Assembly (NCBI GenBank): GCA_051748045.1
Contig: JBNJGY010000004.1
Location: forward strand, 15,309-79,308
Origin: Thermotogota bacterium
GTDB taxonomy: Bacteria > Thermotogota > Thermotogae > Petrotogales > Petrotogaceae
DNA length: 64,000 nt
Direction of reading: 5' to 3'
Shown here: in pieces, positions 1-10,203 of the stretch
Numbering within the stretch: the first letter of the stretch is position 1
How the letters are laid out: every line of letters starts with the position of its first letter
Position numbers and translations under genes: made by a program
The notes under the pieces: model-generated
Told to the model about the DNA's origin: nothing
The model's input: the letters and a program-made list of their open reading frames with translations, nothing else
Databases searched by the model: none

Positions 1-1058
1 CCTGGTAATGTTAAAATTGCATCTGTCCAACTCAATACACCCATCAATAAAATTGCATTATATATTAAAGCTAGATCAGCTACAACTCCCATCCAGCCAT
101 AAAAAACTATCATATAAATCATAACAATAATTAAACCTATAATTCCTGCATTTATTATTGTATTAACTATATCTCTACCTAGAGTAGGACCTAGAGTTCT
201 TTCTTGGAATTTCACAAGATCAACAGGTAAATTACCTGAATTGATTAAAGCAGCTATGTTTCTAGCTTCTTGTAATTCTTCTATTCCTTCTATAATAGCA
301 GCATTATCAGTTATTTGAGTATTAACATTTGGTGCTATTATAACTTTTTCATCTAATATAATAGCCATTCTTTTGTTAATTAAATTTCCTGTTGCAATTT
401 CAAATTTATCTCCACCTGCTGAAGAAAAATTCATTCTAACTAAAAATCCTGAACCTTGTGTATTTAAATCAGCTCTTGAGTCAATAACATCTTCTCCAGT
501 TATTTCAAAAGGTTCTCTACCAAAATCAAAGACTCTTTTTATTTGATACCATTGTAATGGATTATTAGCGTCTTGAACATAAGCGTATAATTCAATATCG
601 TCTCCATTAACTGTAACTGTTCTATTTCTTCTAATTTCAGGTTTTACATCAGAAGTTTGTGTATCTATGACTTCAGCGAAATATAATTTACCTTTACTTC
701 CAATTAATTTTTCTGCTTCGTTTGTATCTCTTATCCCAGGTATTTCTACTCTTACTCTTAATTCTCCACCACTGTCAATTTTTGATACGACAGCCTCAGT
801 ATATCCAGCTGCATCCAGTCTATTTCTTAGCACTAGAATTACATTATCAATAACATCTTGTGGTTTTGTACCTTCATTTAAATCTAGTTGATATTCAAAT
901 AAGCTACCGCCTTGAATGTCCAAACCAAGTTTTATGTTTGAAAATATTTTTGCAAAACCATCATAATCAGAAGTATTTTCTCCAGGAATTATCATTCCTA
1001 GGAATGCTACAACTATTACAATGATTGAAAAAATTAAGCGGATTCTGTTTGATCTCAC
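1..1058 (-). CDS. secD: Protein translocase subunit SecD (5' part; runs off the window start)
   Basis: Not in the ORF track. Manual translation from GTG at 1058 (G-rich SD at 1067-1071) gives an N-terminal TM, KLGLDIQGG, SGNLPV, LGPTLG and ILTLPG at the window edge. Lies downstream of yajC. Confidence 0.93.
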   Translation of the reverse strand, partial: MRSNRIRLIFSIIVIVVAFLGMIIPGENTSDYDGFAKIFSNIKLGLDIQGGSLFEYQLDLNEGTKPQDVIDNVILVLRNRLDAAGYTEAVVSKIDSGGELRVRVEIPGIRDTNEAEKLIGSKGKLYFAEVIDTQTSDVKPEIRRNRTVTVNGDDIELYAYVQDANNPLQWYQIKRVFDFGREPFEITGEDVIDSRADLNTQGSGFLVRMNFSSAGGDKFEIATGNLINKRMAIILDEKVIIAPNVNTQITDNAAIIEGIEELQEARNIAALINSGNLPVDLVKFQERTLGPTLGRDIVNTIINAGIIGLIIVMIYMIVFYGWMGVVADLALIYNAILLMGVLSWTDAILTLP

Positions 1059-1084
1059 AAGAAGTACCCCCTTACCTTAAAATA

Positions 1085-1495
1085 TTATTTTTTATCTTCT
1101 TCTGATTTTTTTTCTGTGTCTGCTTGCTCAGTTTTGTTTAAAACAGCTGAAACAGCATTTCTAGTTATGTCAATTTCAGTTTTATCCCCTGTTGAAATTC
1201 TAATTTTATCATTCTGAATAGAAATAATTTTACCTATTATTCCTGCAGCTGTTAAAATTTTATCTCCTCTTGATAATTCTGAGATCATCTTCTTGTGTTT
1301 TTTCTCTTGTCTTCTTTGAGGAAGGATTAAAATAACATACATTAAAACAAATAATATTACAATAAACCAAATACTTCCAAATCCTCCAGTTGCTCCTGTA
1401 GCGGCAGCATCAGATGTTCCTCCAGCAGCTCCAGCTGAATCTCCACTTGTACCAGCAGGTCCAAAGTTTATAAAGTCAATTACTTTTTCAAACAT
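1085..1495 (-). CDS. yajC: Preprotein translocase subunit YajC
   Basis: TM segment, then LILPQRRQEKKH...LSRGDKILTAAGIIGKI; adjacent to secD; GGAGG SD. Confidence 0.93.
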   Translation of the reverse strand: MFEKVIDFINFGPAGTSGDSAGAAGGTSDAAATGATGGFGSIWFIVILFVLMYVILILPQRRQEKKHKKMISELSRGDKILTAAGIIGKIISIQNDKIRISTGDKTEIDITRNAVSAVLNKTEQADTEKKSEEDKK

Positions 1496-1694
1496 TAGTA
1501 CACCTCCAAAATTATTTTTTATAATGAATAATATCTTTAAATATTATAACACAAAATAAAAATATTTTTAATAGAAACCCTTTATTATTTGATAGATAGT
1601 GTGATTAATTGTTAAAGATTTTTTTAAGATTATCATTGTATAATGATAGTATAAGATTGTTAGAATTTTATTAAAATTTTAGGAGGTTGCTAAC

Positions 1695-2981
1695 ATGAAA
1701 AAAATAATATTGATTTTTATTGTTTCAATATTCTCTATATTATCTTTTACTACCGTTTTAGATTTTGTACCAGAGGATTCAAAAGCCACTGTATATATAA
1801 ACAATCTCTCTCAAACATATGATAGTTTAAAAACAGTGCCTACTATAAAAAGCCTTTTATTAGACCCTTTTCAAGGAGAAATACTTATATCCAATTATGT
1901 TGAAATGTTTCTAGAGTCAATAAAAGTAAAACCAAATGAATTTTTTGGACAATTAAAAACTGATATGGCTTTATTTGTACAAAAACCTAACGTAGAAGAA
2001 GATTTATACCTTTTTGGAGCTGCTTTTGGGCCAATCGATGAACCTGATAAGTTTTCTGATGCTTTCAAAAAAATAATTGAACCATTATCTAATTCGGGAA
2101 TTTCTTTTAATACAATAAATAAAGAAGTCAACGGTGAAAAATATGTTATTTTGGTTCAAGATAAATCAGTTTATCAGTCTGTTAAAACTGTAAGTGTAAC
2201 TTTCAAAGATATTTATGAAAATGGAATTTATTTTAAGATAGATTCTTCAGAAATGGAAAATGAAGGTTTCGCTTATGTGAAAGATAGTGTTTTAATTGGA
2301 AAAGCCAGTGGAATAGTAGATGAAAAAGCTATAAATGAGGATTACATTAAACAAGCTCAAGATTACAAATTTTATGGTACTATTTTTACGGCTTCTGGTT
2401 TAGTCCCTAAAGAAATTACAGGTATCAATGAAATAATAAATATTATTGCAGACTCAAAGTTAGTCGAAAAAATACTAGAATCTTCTCAAGGTTTTGAGAT
2501 GAATGCAGACTTAAATCTTGAAACTCAAGAACAACAAAATATAAAAATTAAACAAGACTCTTATATCAAAGTAAATAGTTCAATAGATTTAGACTCAATA
2601 ATTCCTATAATGGAAGAAAATAATATTACCTATGAAAAAGTATCTGATGAGAAGATCACTTTTCAAATAGATGTGAATGCTCAAAATGCAGAACTTGAAA
2701 GTGTAAATTATAATCTATGGAAAGATAATGAAGTTATTTACATATCTGAAATGGACAATAAATCATTAGATGAAAAAACAAATAAAAAACCCTCTTTAAG
2801 CTCTAATAATTTATTTAAGAATTTAACCCAAAGAATAGGATATGGCAATTTAATGGTTCTTTTCCTTGATTTTTCTAAGTTTATGGATCAATTCGCAGGA
2901 TTACAAGGAGAATTTGGTTTTCTTTTAAATATAGAACATCTAGGAGATGGAAGGATAGACACAGATTTTATTTTAAAATAA
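1695..2981 (+). CDS. Exported hypothetical protein
   Basis: 428 aa ORF with AGGAGG SD, N-terminal signal peptide (MKKIILIFIVSIFSILSF) and a downstream terminator; no family recognised. Confidence 0.8.
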   Translation: MKKIILIFIVSIFSILSFTTVLDFVPEDSKATVYINNLSQTYDSLKTVPTIKSLLLDPFQGEILISNYVEMFLESIKVKPNEFFGQLKTDMALFVQKPNVEEDLYLFGAAFGPIDEPDKFSDAFKKIIEPLSNSGISFNTINKEVNGEKYVILVQDKSVYQSVKTVSVTFKDIYENGIYFKIDSSEMENEGFAYVKDSVLIGKASGIVDEKAINEDYIKQAQDYKFYGTIFTASGLVPKEITGINEIINIIADSKLVEKILESSQGFEMNADLNLETQEQQNIKIKQDSYIKVNSSIDLDSIIPIMEENNITYEKVSDEKITFQIDVNAQNAELESVNYNLWKDNEVIYISEMDNKSLDEKTNKKPSLSSNNLFKNLTQRIGYGNLMVLFLDFSKFMDQFAGLQGEFGFLLNIEHLGDGRIDTDFILK

Positions 2982-2991
2982 ATTTTATATG

Positions 2992-3024
2992 AAAAGAGGC
3001 TTGGAAATAATCCAAGCCTCTTTT
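2992..3024. terminator. Bidirectional intrinsic terminator
   Basis: AAAAGAGGCTTGGA-aataa-TCCAAGCCTCTTTT between convergent genes. Confidence 0.85.
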
Positions 3025-3036
3025 ATTTTATAGTGA

Positions 3037-4548
3037 TTAGTCACCAATTATTCTTTCTGCTTTTTCGTATTCTTCTATTGTTCCTAATTCTTTAATATAA
3101 CCTACAACAACATCTGCAACTACATAACCTGTATCATAACCATTTTTATCTTCTAGCATTTCGTATCCGTCTCCACCAGAAGCCATATAGTTATTTGTTA
3201 CTACATCATATGTTTTATCCATTTCAAGTGGAACTCCATTAACTTTTATATTCATTGCTTTTTCATCTTCAATTTTAAAAGTCATACCAGCAACATGTAG
3301 TTTTGATCCTTGTCCGTCAGGTATTGTAGCAGCGTAATCAGCAACAGCTTTTAAATCTGAACCTTTAAGTTTAACTGTATAAGCTGTATTACCAAAAGGT
3401 AGAACGGTTAATATATCTCTATAAGTTATTTTTCCTTCGCTTATAGAAGCTCTTATTCCGCCACCATTTTGAAGTGCAACATCAGCATCTGTTTTCCATA
3501 ATAATGCATCAGTAATTAAATGACCTAAATTTGTTTCTCCGCTTCTTACATCTTCTCTTTCTCCATTTAATGTTACTTCAGTTGTTCCTACTTCTTTATC
3601 TAATTCTTCAGCACCCATTTCTTTGTAAGTATCTGCTACCATTTTTATAAATGGGTCTTCTTTTATAGAGCTATCTATCTTAATTTGTTGTGAATCCCAA
3701 TCTACTATTCTTCCATTTTCAATCCAAAGGTCAATTCTACCTAAATATTTTCCTAAATCACCTGATGAACTTAAAATTGTACTATTTAATACTTTTGCTT
3801 CTTCGAACAAAGTATGTGAATGTCCATCAATTAATACTTCTATATTTGAAAAATCTTCAGCAATTTCATTAGAAGAGGTATATCCTACTGGTAATCTTGG
3901 TTCTTTTCCTTCTTCATAATATCCTAAATGGCCTAACACAATTTGAATGTCTGTTTTTTCTTCTAATTCTGGCATATATTCTTTAACAGCGTAATATGCT
4001 GATTCTATAGAATTATTTTCTAAATATAGTGGTTCTAAAACATTTGTTTGTTCTGTAGTGAGGCCTAGAATACCTACGCTATATTCTCCAAGGTCTTTTA
4101 CAACATAAGGTTTAAAAATAGGAAATAGGTTTCTATCTACAAAATTTGCACTTATAAATGGAAAACCTGCAACTCTTGATTGCATCTTCAATGTATCAAG
4201 ATCAACATCAAATTCATGATTTCCTAAAACCATAGCATCTGTACCCATATAATGTAAAGTTGCAAAATCTGGTACTGCATCTAATAAATCTGATTCTGGT
4301 ACGCCTGTATTTACGTCACCTGCATGTAAAAATAATACATCTCCACCTTCAGATTCAACTTCAGCTCTAGCTTCGTTTATTACTGTAGCAATTCTTGCAA
4401 ATCCTCCGATGTCAGGATCACCATAAACATCAAAAGGCCATACATTACCATGAGTGTCATTAACATGGAATATTACTAAGTGTTGAGGTGCAGCGAAAAC
4501 AGAAATAATAAATAACAAGCCTAACAAAATACCGAGATATCTTTTCAC
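3037..4548 (-). CDS. Exported 5'-nucleotidase / UDP-sugar hydrolase (UshA-like)
   Basis: Signal peptide; NDTHG, HAGD, GNHEFD, DGHSH metallophosphoesterase motifs; C-terminal NGGGIR, LPFGN, GGDGY. Confidence 0.9.
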   Translation of the reverse strand: MKRYLGILLGLLFIISVFAAPQHLVIFHVNDTHGNVWPFDVYGDPDIGGFARIATVINEARAEVESEGGDVLFLHAGDVNTGVPESDLLDAVPDFATLHYMGTDAMVLGNHEFDVDLDTLKMQSRVAGFPFISANFVDRNLFPIFKPYVVKDLGEYSVGILGLTTEQTNVLEPLYLENNSIESAYYAVKEYMPELEEKTDIQIVLGHLGYYEEGKEPRLPVGYTSSNEIAEDFSNIEVLIDGHSHTLFEEAKVLNSTILSSSGDLGKYLGRIDLWIENGRIVDWDSQQIKIDSSIKEDPFIKMVADTYKEMGAEELDKEVGTTEVTLNGEREDVRSGETNLGHLITDALLWKTDADVALQNGGGIRASISEGKITYRDILTVLPFGNTAYTVKLKGSDLKAVADYAATIPDGQGSKLHVAGMTFKIEDEKAMNIKVNGVPLEMDKTYDVVTNNYMASGGDGYEMLEDKNGYDTGYVVADVVVGYIKELGTIEEYEKAERIIGD

Positions 4549-4605
4549 AAAAATCCCCTCCTTGATTGAAATTAAAATTTAGTGTACTACTATTTTATCA
4601 TTTTT

Positions 4606-5490
4606 TTACTTTAATTTAAACACCAATTCTCCAATTTCAACATTTAAATTTTTTGCTATGCTTTTACATTTTGTCGTTAAAATAAAAAACACTTTGTTAT
4701 AATCATCATCCATACCCTCATAATTTCCTTGTCCTTTAGATATAACAATATCAGAACTCTCAAAAATATTTTTAAAATCTACATTTGTTTTTTCTAATAT
4801 AGTCCCTGGATATATAGATCCGCTTTCAAGTGGAATAGAAACTTCTTTCATATTAACTTCAACAATATCTTTCATTGTAGCATCATTAATTATAGGTCTA
4901 CTCCTAACAGCAGAGTGTATTACTAAATTAGGATATTTATTTTTCAGTACCTTTATTAAAATTTTATCCAAAACTATCTCACCAGCATTATCATGAATGA
5001 ATAATAATTTATTAGCCTTTTCAATTTTTTCTTCAAATTTATTATAATCATCTATTGCGAAGTCTCTACTTTTTGTTAAATTCTCTATTTCCCATTCTAA
5101 TTCACCAAAATAATTTTTTATTCCAAAATCTAATAAATTACTAAAAGCTGATAATTTAAAAGCAGTACGCACTGGGTCTTCTGTTGAAAAACAAAAATCC
5201 ACTAAATCCTCATACATTTCTAAGAACATTTGATTCGCATTTGTTTTTTCATTTTCAAAAAAATCTTTTTCTTCAGAAAACTCATAGAATTTGTCGTAGA
5301 TTATTGAGGATAGTTCAATAGGTTTCATTCCATATTCAGATTTTTGAGATAAGTGCTTTACTATTTCTTTGTATTTTTCAAATGATTCTTTTTCAGAATA
5401 TTCAAGTTCCTTTGATAATTTATCAATAAGCTTTTGAGCATGATCACAAACACAGTTAATACATTCATATTGTGCATACATTTTATTCAC
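4606..5490 (-). CDS. DUF89/ARMT1-family damage-control metal-dependent phosphatase
   Basis: ECINC near the N-terminus, DNAGE, PIINDAT, SKGQGNYE, C-terminal KC. Confidence 0.85.
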   Translation of the reverse strand: MNKMYAQYECINCVCDHAQKLIDKLSKELEYSEKESFEKYKEIVKHLSQKSEYGMKPIELSSIIYDKFYEFSEEKDFFENEKTNANQMFLEMYEDLVDFCFSTEDPVRTAFKLSAFSNLLDFGIKNYFGELEWEIENLTKSRDFAIDDYNKFEEKIEKANKLLFIHDNAGEIVLDKILIKVLKNKYPNLVIHSAVRSRPIINDATMKDIVEVNMKEVSIPLESGSIYPGTILEKTNVDFKNIFESSDIVISKGQGNYEGMDDDYNKVFFILTTKCKSIAKNLNVEIGELVFKLK

Positions 5491-5752
5491 TCCTTAAAAT
5501 ATCTTTTGTTTTTTCAATGATGATTATAACTCAAAAAAATTAAGTCAATATTTGTTTTATTATCTTTATTAAAGGATTGTGTTAACTTTACTTTTCCTAT
5601 TAACCTATCAATTGATACATTTATATCAAAATTTACAAAGAATTAAATCAAATATTTATTTAGAATTCAAGATTAATTGAGGTTACATATGATATAATAC
5701 TTTGGGTAATTTTAATTATTATCTATATCTAAGAAGTTGTAACTTTATTTTA

Positions 5753-5782
5753 TTGACATTAAAACATTTTTATGTTTATAAT
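5753..5782 (+). promoter_or_regulatory. Sigma70-type promoter of the rpmH operon
   Basis: TTGACA (5753-5758)-N18-TATAAT (5777-5782), about 40 nt before rpmH. Confidence 0.7.
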
Positions 5783-5821
5783 CTATGTTGAGAAAATTCT
5801 ACAAAACCAGGAGGTATTCAA

Positions 5822-5956
5822 ATGAAAAGAACATATCAACCATCAAGAAGAAAAAGAAAGAGAACACACGGATTTTTAGCTAGAAAGAAAACATCCGGCG
5901 GAAAAAATGTTATAAAAAGAAGAAGAAGTAAAGGAAGAAAGAGACTTTCTGTATAA
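5822..5956 (+). CDS. rpmH: 50S ribosomal protein L34
   Basis: Below the ORF-track cutoff. Manual translation [52 protein letters not shown]. Confidence 0.97.
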   Translation: MKRTYQPSRRKRKRTHGFLARKKTSGGKNVIKRRRSKGRKRLSV

Positions 5957-6309
5957 TGGTCTCTCAAAAATTTGAGAAAAATGAACGTCTGAGACTTAGA
6001 AATGATTTCAAAAAACTTTTTGATTCAAAAGGAAGAGCGGTCAATTCATATTTTGTTCTTGTTTTCAGGAAAAATGATCTTGAATACAGTCGAATTGCCG
6101 TATCTATAAAAAAAAAGTTTGGAAAAGCTGTTCTAAGAAATAAATTAAGAAGACAAATCAAGGAAATTTATAGAACTAATAAACAAAATTTTCCTCAAGG
6201 TTATGATTTTTTATTTATTCCAAGAAAAGCTCTTTCTAATATTTATAAAAATGTAGACTACTCTGATATCAAAAACATGATTTTTGATACTGTAAGGAAA
6301 GTGAAATAA
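5956..6309 (+). CDS. rnpA: Ribonuclease P protein component
   Basis: [24 protein letters not shown]-type motif; follows rpmH. Confidence 0.95.
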   Translation: MVSQKFEKNERLRLRNDFKKLFDSKGRAVNSYFVLVFRKNDLEYSRIAVSIKKKFGKAVLRNKLRRQIKEIYRTNKQNFPQGYDFLFIPRKALSNIYKNVDYSDIKNMIFDTVRKVK

Positions 6310-6590
6310 TGAAGTATATTCTACTAGGTATTATTAAGTTTTATCAAAAAGTCATTTCTCCATTAAAACAACCTACATGTAGATTTTATCCAACATGTTC
6401 TGCTTATTCATATGAAGCAGTTAATAAATTTGGGTTTTTTAAAGGAGGCTATTTAAGTCTCAGACGAATTTTTAGTTGTCATCCTTTTAACGAAGGAGGA
6501 ATTGACCCGGTACCCGAGGAATTCCATTTTATAGTCAAAAATGGCTCGAAAAATAATAACGAAGAAAACAAAAGGGGTGTAAAGAATTGA
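6309..6590 (+). CDS. yidD: Membrane protein insertion efficiency factor YidD
   Basis: [11 protein letters not shown]...CHPF..GGIDPVP; lies between rnpA and yidC. Confidence 0.93.
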   Translation: MKYILLGIIKFYQKVISPLKQPTCRFYPTCSAYSYEAVNKFGFFKGGYLSLRRIFSCHPFNEGGIDPVPEEFHFIVKNGSKNNNEENKRGVKN

Positions 6591-7942
6591 AAAAGCAACT
6601 CTTAATAATAGGACTTATTGTCCTAAGTATTTTTACATTTGCTATTCCAGATGTTGAGATTTCTGAAAATTCTACAAGTATTAATTTACAAACAAGAATT
6701 TTTGATTTGACGATGGATAAACAAGGTCATTTATTAGATTATTCAATTGTTGAATTTAGAACAAAAGAATACAAATTAATATATTCTTATGCAAAAGATA
6801 GTTTTGATTTAATAAATCCTGAAACTGATGAAGAAATTCTTCCTGTAGATTACGAAATATCTGTTCCAGAAAATCAGGAATATGTAGATATTTTTTATTT
6901 TTTTGAAGGAAATGGTTTCAAAAAATACAGATTTTTTAATGACGCAAATTTCCATTTTGAAGTTGAATTCGTTGACGTTGAAGGAATGGTAACCTTACCA
7001 ACTATTTCTTATAGACCTGGTATTAGAAAAATGGAATCCACTATGGTTTCATTTATAGAAGAAATACCTAATACTGGTGAAAATTTAGACGCGTTAGTAG
7101 CTGTTGAAGCAGCGTCGCAAATAGATGAAGAATTGAGATATGAAACAAGAGGCAGAACAGTATCAGAAATATATATGGGACCTTTAAAAAGAACTTTCAT
7201 GAGTGAAGTTTTTCCTGAAGAAACCTATGATAGAATTTCTGCTCTATTGGATGAATTAGGTGCTTATGGATTTATTTCAAATATTTTCTACTGGTTTGTT
7301 TATTTCCTTTGGTGGTTAAATGGCCTTACGGGTAATTTCGGATGGGCTATAATCATATTCACAGTTATAATTAGATTAGCTTTATATCCTCTTTATCATA
7401 AACAACAAAAATCAATGATTAAAATGAGAGAAATACAACCGGAAGTCGAAAAATTAAAGAAAAAATATAAAAATGCTCAAAAATTGCAAGAAGAAACTAT
7501 GAAAATGTACAAAGAAAAAAACGTTAACCCAATGGGTGGTTGCTTACCAACTATTATTCAATTACCTGTTTTTATAGTTTTATGGCAAACTATACAATAT
7601 TTTGGAGAAGCTTTTGCTTATAATCCTAGATTTTTATTATGGTCAGATTTATCTGAAGGTGGATTTGGAACAAATTTCATATTCATTTTAATTTCTTTAG
7701 GAGCTTATTTAGCAATTGCATTACTATCAGCACAAAATTCGAAAATGGCTTGGCAACAAATCGCTATGTCAACTATTTTCCCATTATTATTAAGTGGTTT
7801 ACCTGCAGGTGTTTTCTTGTATTACACATCAAATGCTTTAATACAACTTATAATAACTTTCTATAATAATAAAAGAAACGGTGTAAAAGGTATAGGTTTC
7901 AGAGAATTGTTTGGATTAGGCCCTAAACCTGTCAGGAGGTGA
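6587..7942 (+). CDS. yidC: Membrane protein insertase YidC with periplasmic domain
   Basis: [42 protein letters not shown]; canonical operon position. Confidence 0.93.
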   Translation: MKKQLLIIGLIVLSIFTFAIPDVEISENSTSINLQTRIFDLTMDKQGHLLDYSIVEFRTKEYKLIYSYAKDSFDLINPETDEEILPVDYEISVPENQEYVDIFYFFEGNGFKKYRFFNDANFHFEVEFVDVEGMVTLPTISYRPGIRKMESTMVSFIEEIPNTGENLDALVAVEAASQIDEELRYETRGRTVSEIYMGPLKRTFMSEVFPEETYDRISALLDELGAYGFISNIFYWFVYFLWWLNGLTGNFGWAIIIFTVIIRLALYPLYHKQQKSMIKMREIQPEVEKLKKKYKNAQKLQEETMKMYKEKNVNPMGGCLPTIIQLPVFIVLWQTIQYFGEAFAYNPRFLLWSDLSEGGFGTNFIFILISLGAYLAIALLSAQNSKMAWQQIAMSTIFPLLLSGLPAGVFLYYTSNALIQLIITFYNNKRNGVKGIGFRELFGLGPKPVRR

Positions 7943-7950
7943 CAAGATTT

Positions 7951-8601
7951 ATGTTAAAATTACAGTCTAAAGAGTTTACAGCTAAAACAATAGATGAAGC
8001 TTTGACTCAAGCAAAAAATGAATTCAATGTAGACGATTCTGAATTATCTTACAAGGTTAAGGAAGAAGGAACAAAAGGTTTTATATTTGGAATAGGAAGC
8101 AAGCCATATATTTTAGATATTTATGTAAATGAAAATTTTTTAGTTAATAAGATACGAGATTTCTTAAAAGAAATTTTAGTTCATTTTGATGAAGAAATAA
8201 ATTCAAACATAAAAGTTTTTGGAAAAACTATTGTTATTTATTTAGATGGAGAAGGCTTAGGAAAACTTATCGGTAAACACGGAAGAACTCTAGGAGCTTT
8301 ACAACATCTAATAATGATATATATAAATAGAATGACAGACACTAAAATTGATATAAAATTAGATATAGGTGAGTATAGAAAAAAGAGAAGAAGAAAAATC
8401 GAAGAAATAGCTGAACAAGCAGCAGAAAAAGTTTTAAGAACTCATGAAAAACTTGAATTGGCTCCTATGTTTTCTTTTGAAAGAAAAACTGTACATGAAC
8501 ATATAAGAAAAAATTATCCTAATTTATCTACAAAATCTGTTGGTTTAGAACCATATAGAAAAGTAGTTATTTTAGATCAACACAAAGAGTTTACAAATTA
8601 A
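7951..8601 (+). CDS. jag: RNA-binding protein Jag/KhpB (Jag_N, KH, R3H)
   Basis: LIGKHGRTLGALQ KH motif and ERKTVHEH R3H motif. ATG 7951 preferred over GTG 7939 from SD spacing. Confidence 0.92.
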   Translation: MLKLQSKEFTAKTIDEALTQAKNEFNVDDSELSYKVKEEGTKGFIFGIGSKPYILDIYVNENFLVNKIRDFLKEILVHFDEEINSNIKVFGKTIVIYLDGEGLGKLIGKHGRTLGALQHLIMIYINRMTDTKIDIKLDIGEYRKKRRRKIEEIAEQAAEKVLRTHEKLELAPMFSFERKTVHEHIRKNYPNLSTKSVGLEPYRKVVILDQHKEFTN

Positions 8602-8621
8602 TCTATTAAAGAGGTGATTTT

Positions 8622-8984
8622 ATGAATAAGAAGGTTATTGTAGAAAAAGCTGATAATGTGACACCTCAAATATTTAATAATGAGAAAGTAAAAAATGTTG
8701 AAAAAAGAATCTTGATCGGAAGTAAATTAGAAGCACCAAATTTTTTTATGAGGTTATTTACTGTAAAAAAAGGTGGACATTCTCCAAAACATAGTCATCA
8801 CTGGGAACATGAAGTTTTTATTGTAAAAGGAAAAGCTGAAGTTTTTAATGGTGAAAAATATGTTCAAGCAGAAGAAGGTTCGTTTGTTTTTGTCCCCCCA
8901 AATATTGAACATCAATTTAAAAATGTTGGAGAAGGAGATTTGCAATTTATTTGTGTAATACCTAATTCAGCAGATGAAGAATAA
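8622..8984 (+). CDS. Cupin-domain metalloprotein, TM1459-like
   Basis: APNFFMRLFTV..GG...HSHHWEHEV...PPNIEHQF...FICVIP: 4-His cupin site plus the conserved Cys. Confidence 0.88.
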   Translation: MNKKVIVEKADNVTPQIFNNEKVKNVEKRILIGSKLEAPNFFMRLFTVKKGGHSPKHSHHWEHEVFIVKGKAEVFNGEKYVQAEEGSFVFVPPNIEHQFKNVGEGDLQFICVIPNSADEE

Positions 8985-8991
8985 AAATTAT

Positions 8992-9018
8992 AAAAAGAGG
9001 CTTAGGCCTCTTTTTTTT
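8992..9018 (+). terminator. Intrinsic terminator ending the rpmH-cupin operon
   Basis: AAAAAGAGGC-ttag-GCCTC followed by T8. Confidence 0.85.
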
Positions 9019-9084
9019 ATAGTTGTAGCTATGTTATAATTATATTAATGATATAATATTTTATTAACATAGCAGGAGGGGTAA

Positions 9085-10065
9085 ATGGATACTTTAGAAA
9101 TCATAACTTTAAAAGAAGTTTATAAAAAATCTAATGATGAAATAATAAACATCATTGAAAGAGGTGTTAGACCTAATTTATTTGAAAAAGATTTTGAAAA
9201 TAAAAAGAAAATGATTTTCAAAATCCTAAACAAATCAAAAGATTATTCTATTTTGACTTATTGGGACGAAGAGTATCCACAAGAACTTAAAAATATTGTG
9301 GATCCACCTGTTATTCTCTACTATAAAGGGAGTTTAGATTTATTTAAAACGAAAAAAGTCTCTGTAGTAGGTACTAGAAAACCTTCACAATATGGTAAAA
9401 ATATTTGTACTGATATTGTAAAAATACTTGAAGACTACACCATTGTTTCGGGTATGGCTTATGGAATTGATTCAATTTCACACAGAAACGCTAAGAAAAC
9501 CATAGCTGTTTTAGGTACAGGTATCGACGTTATTTTTCCAAAAACAAATGAAGATTTGTATAATAGAATAACTCAAGAAGGATTAATATTATCAGAATAT
9601 ATGCCAGGAACTCCAGGGATGAAACATCAATTCCCTGCTAGAAATAGGATTATAGCAGCTTTATCAGATAAAACCATCGTTGTTGAAGCTGCTAAAAGAA
9701 GTGGTTCGTTAATAACAGCAAGATTTGCTCTAGACTTTGGGAAAGACGTATTAGCCGTTCCAGGTGATGTCACCAGGTTTAACTCATATGGAACAAATTT
9801 TTTAATTTATAATGGTGCAACACCCATAATATCACTCGAAGTTTTAAAAGAACTTTTCAATATAAATGAAATGAGGATGAAAATAGATAATCTACCAGAA
9901 AAATCCAAAAAAATAATTTCTTTGATAAAAAAGGGTGAAAACACAGCTGAAAAAATAAGTTATTTTATGAATGAAGATATATCAAATATACTTACTTCAT
10001 TAATGGAGTTAGAAATTGACGGAAGAATAAAACAAGAAAATGGAAGTTATAATTTAGTATTTTAA
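9085..10065 (+). CDS. dprA: DNA-processing protein DprA/Smf
   Basis: SVVGTR.PS.YG, IVSGMAYGID, FPARNRIIAALS, VVEAAKRSGSLITA, C-terminal winged helix. Confidence 0.93.
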   Translation: MDTLEIITLKEVYKKSNDEIINIIERGVRPNLFEKDFENKKKMIFKILNKSKDYSILTYWDEEYPQELKNIVDPPVILYYKGSLDLFKTKKVSVVGTRKPSQYGKNICTDIVKILEDYTIVSGMAYGIDSISHRNAKKTIAVLGTGIDVIFPKTNEDLYNRITQEGLILSEYMPGTPGMKHQFPARNRIIAALSDKTIVVEAAKRSGSLITARFALDFGKDVLAVPGDVTRFNSYGTNFLIYNGATPIISLEVLKELFNINEMRMKIDNLPEKSKKIISLIKKGENTAEKISYFMNEDISNILTSLMELEIDGRIKQENGSYNLVF

Positions 10066-10203
10066 TTATTTATTTTTTGTTAAAAAAGTAAATTAATCTT
10101 TAATCACCCTATATGATATAATATAATTGAATTAAGAGAATTATTAGAATATTTTAATATAATCAACAATAATCTTGTATATATGCTTACGGGGAGGATT
10201 TTT

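Noticed and set aside
667..891. 74-aa plus-strand ORF
   Set aside because: Antisense shadow of secD.
5491..5821. AT-rich intergenic region upstream of rpmH as oriC
   Set aside because: No dnaA adjacent and no TTATCCACA-type or other repeated boxes seen; divergent promoters explain the region.
2992..9018. Shared AAAAGAGGCTT...GCCTCTTTT ends of two hairpins as a REP/MITE family
   Set aside because: Only two short instances with different loops; adequately explained as intrinsic terminators.
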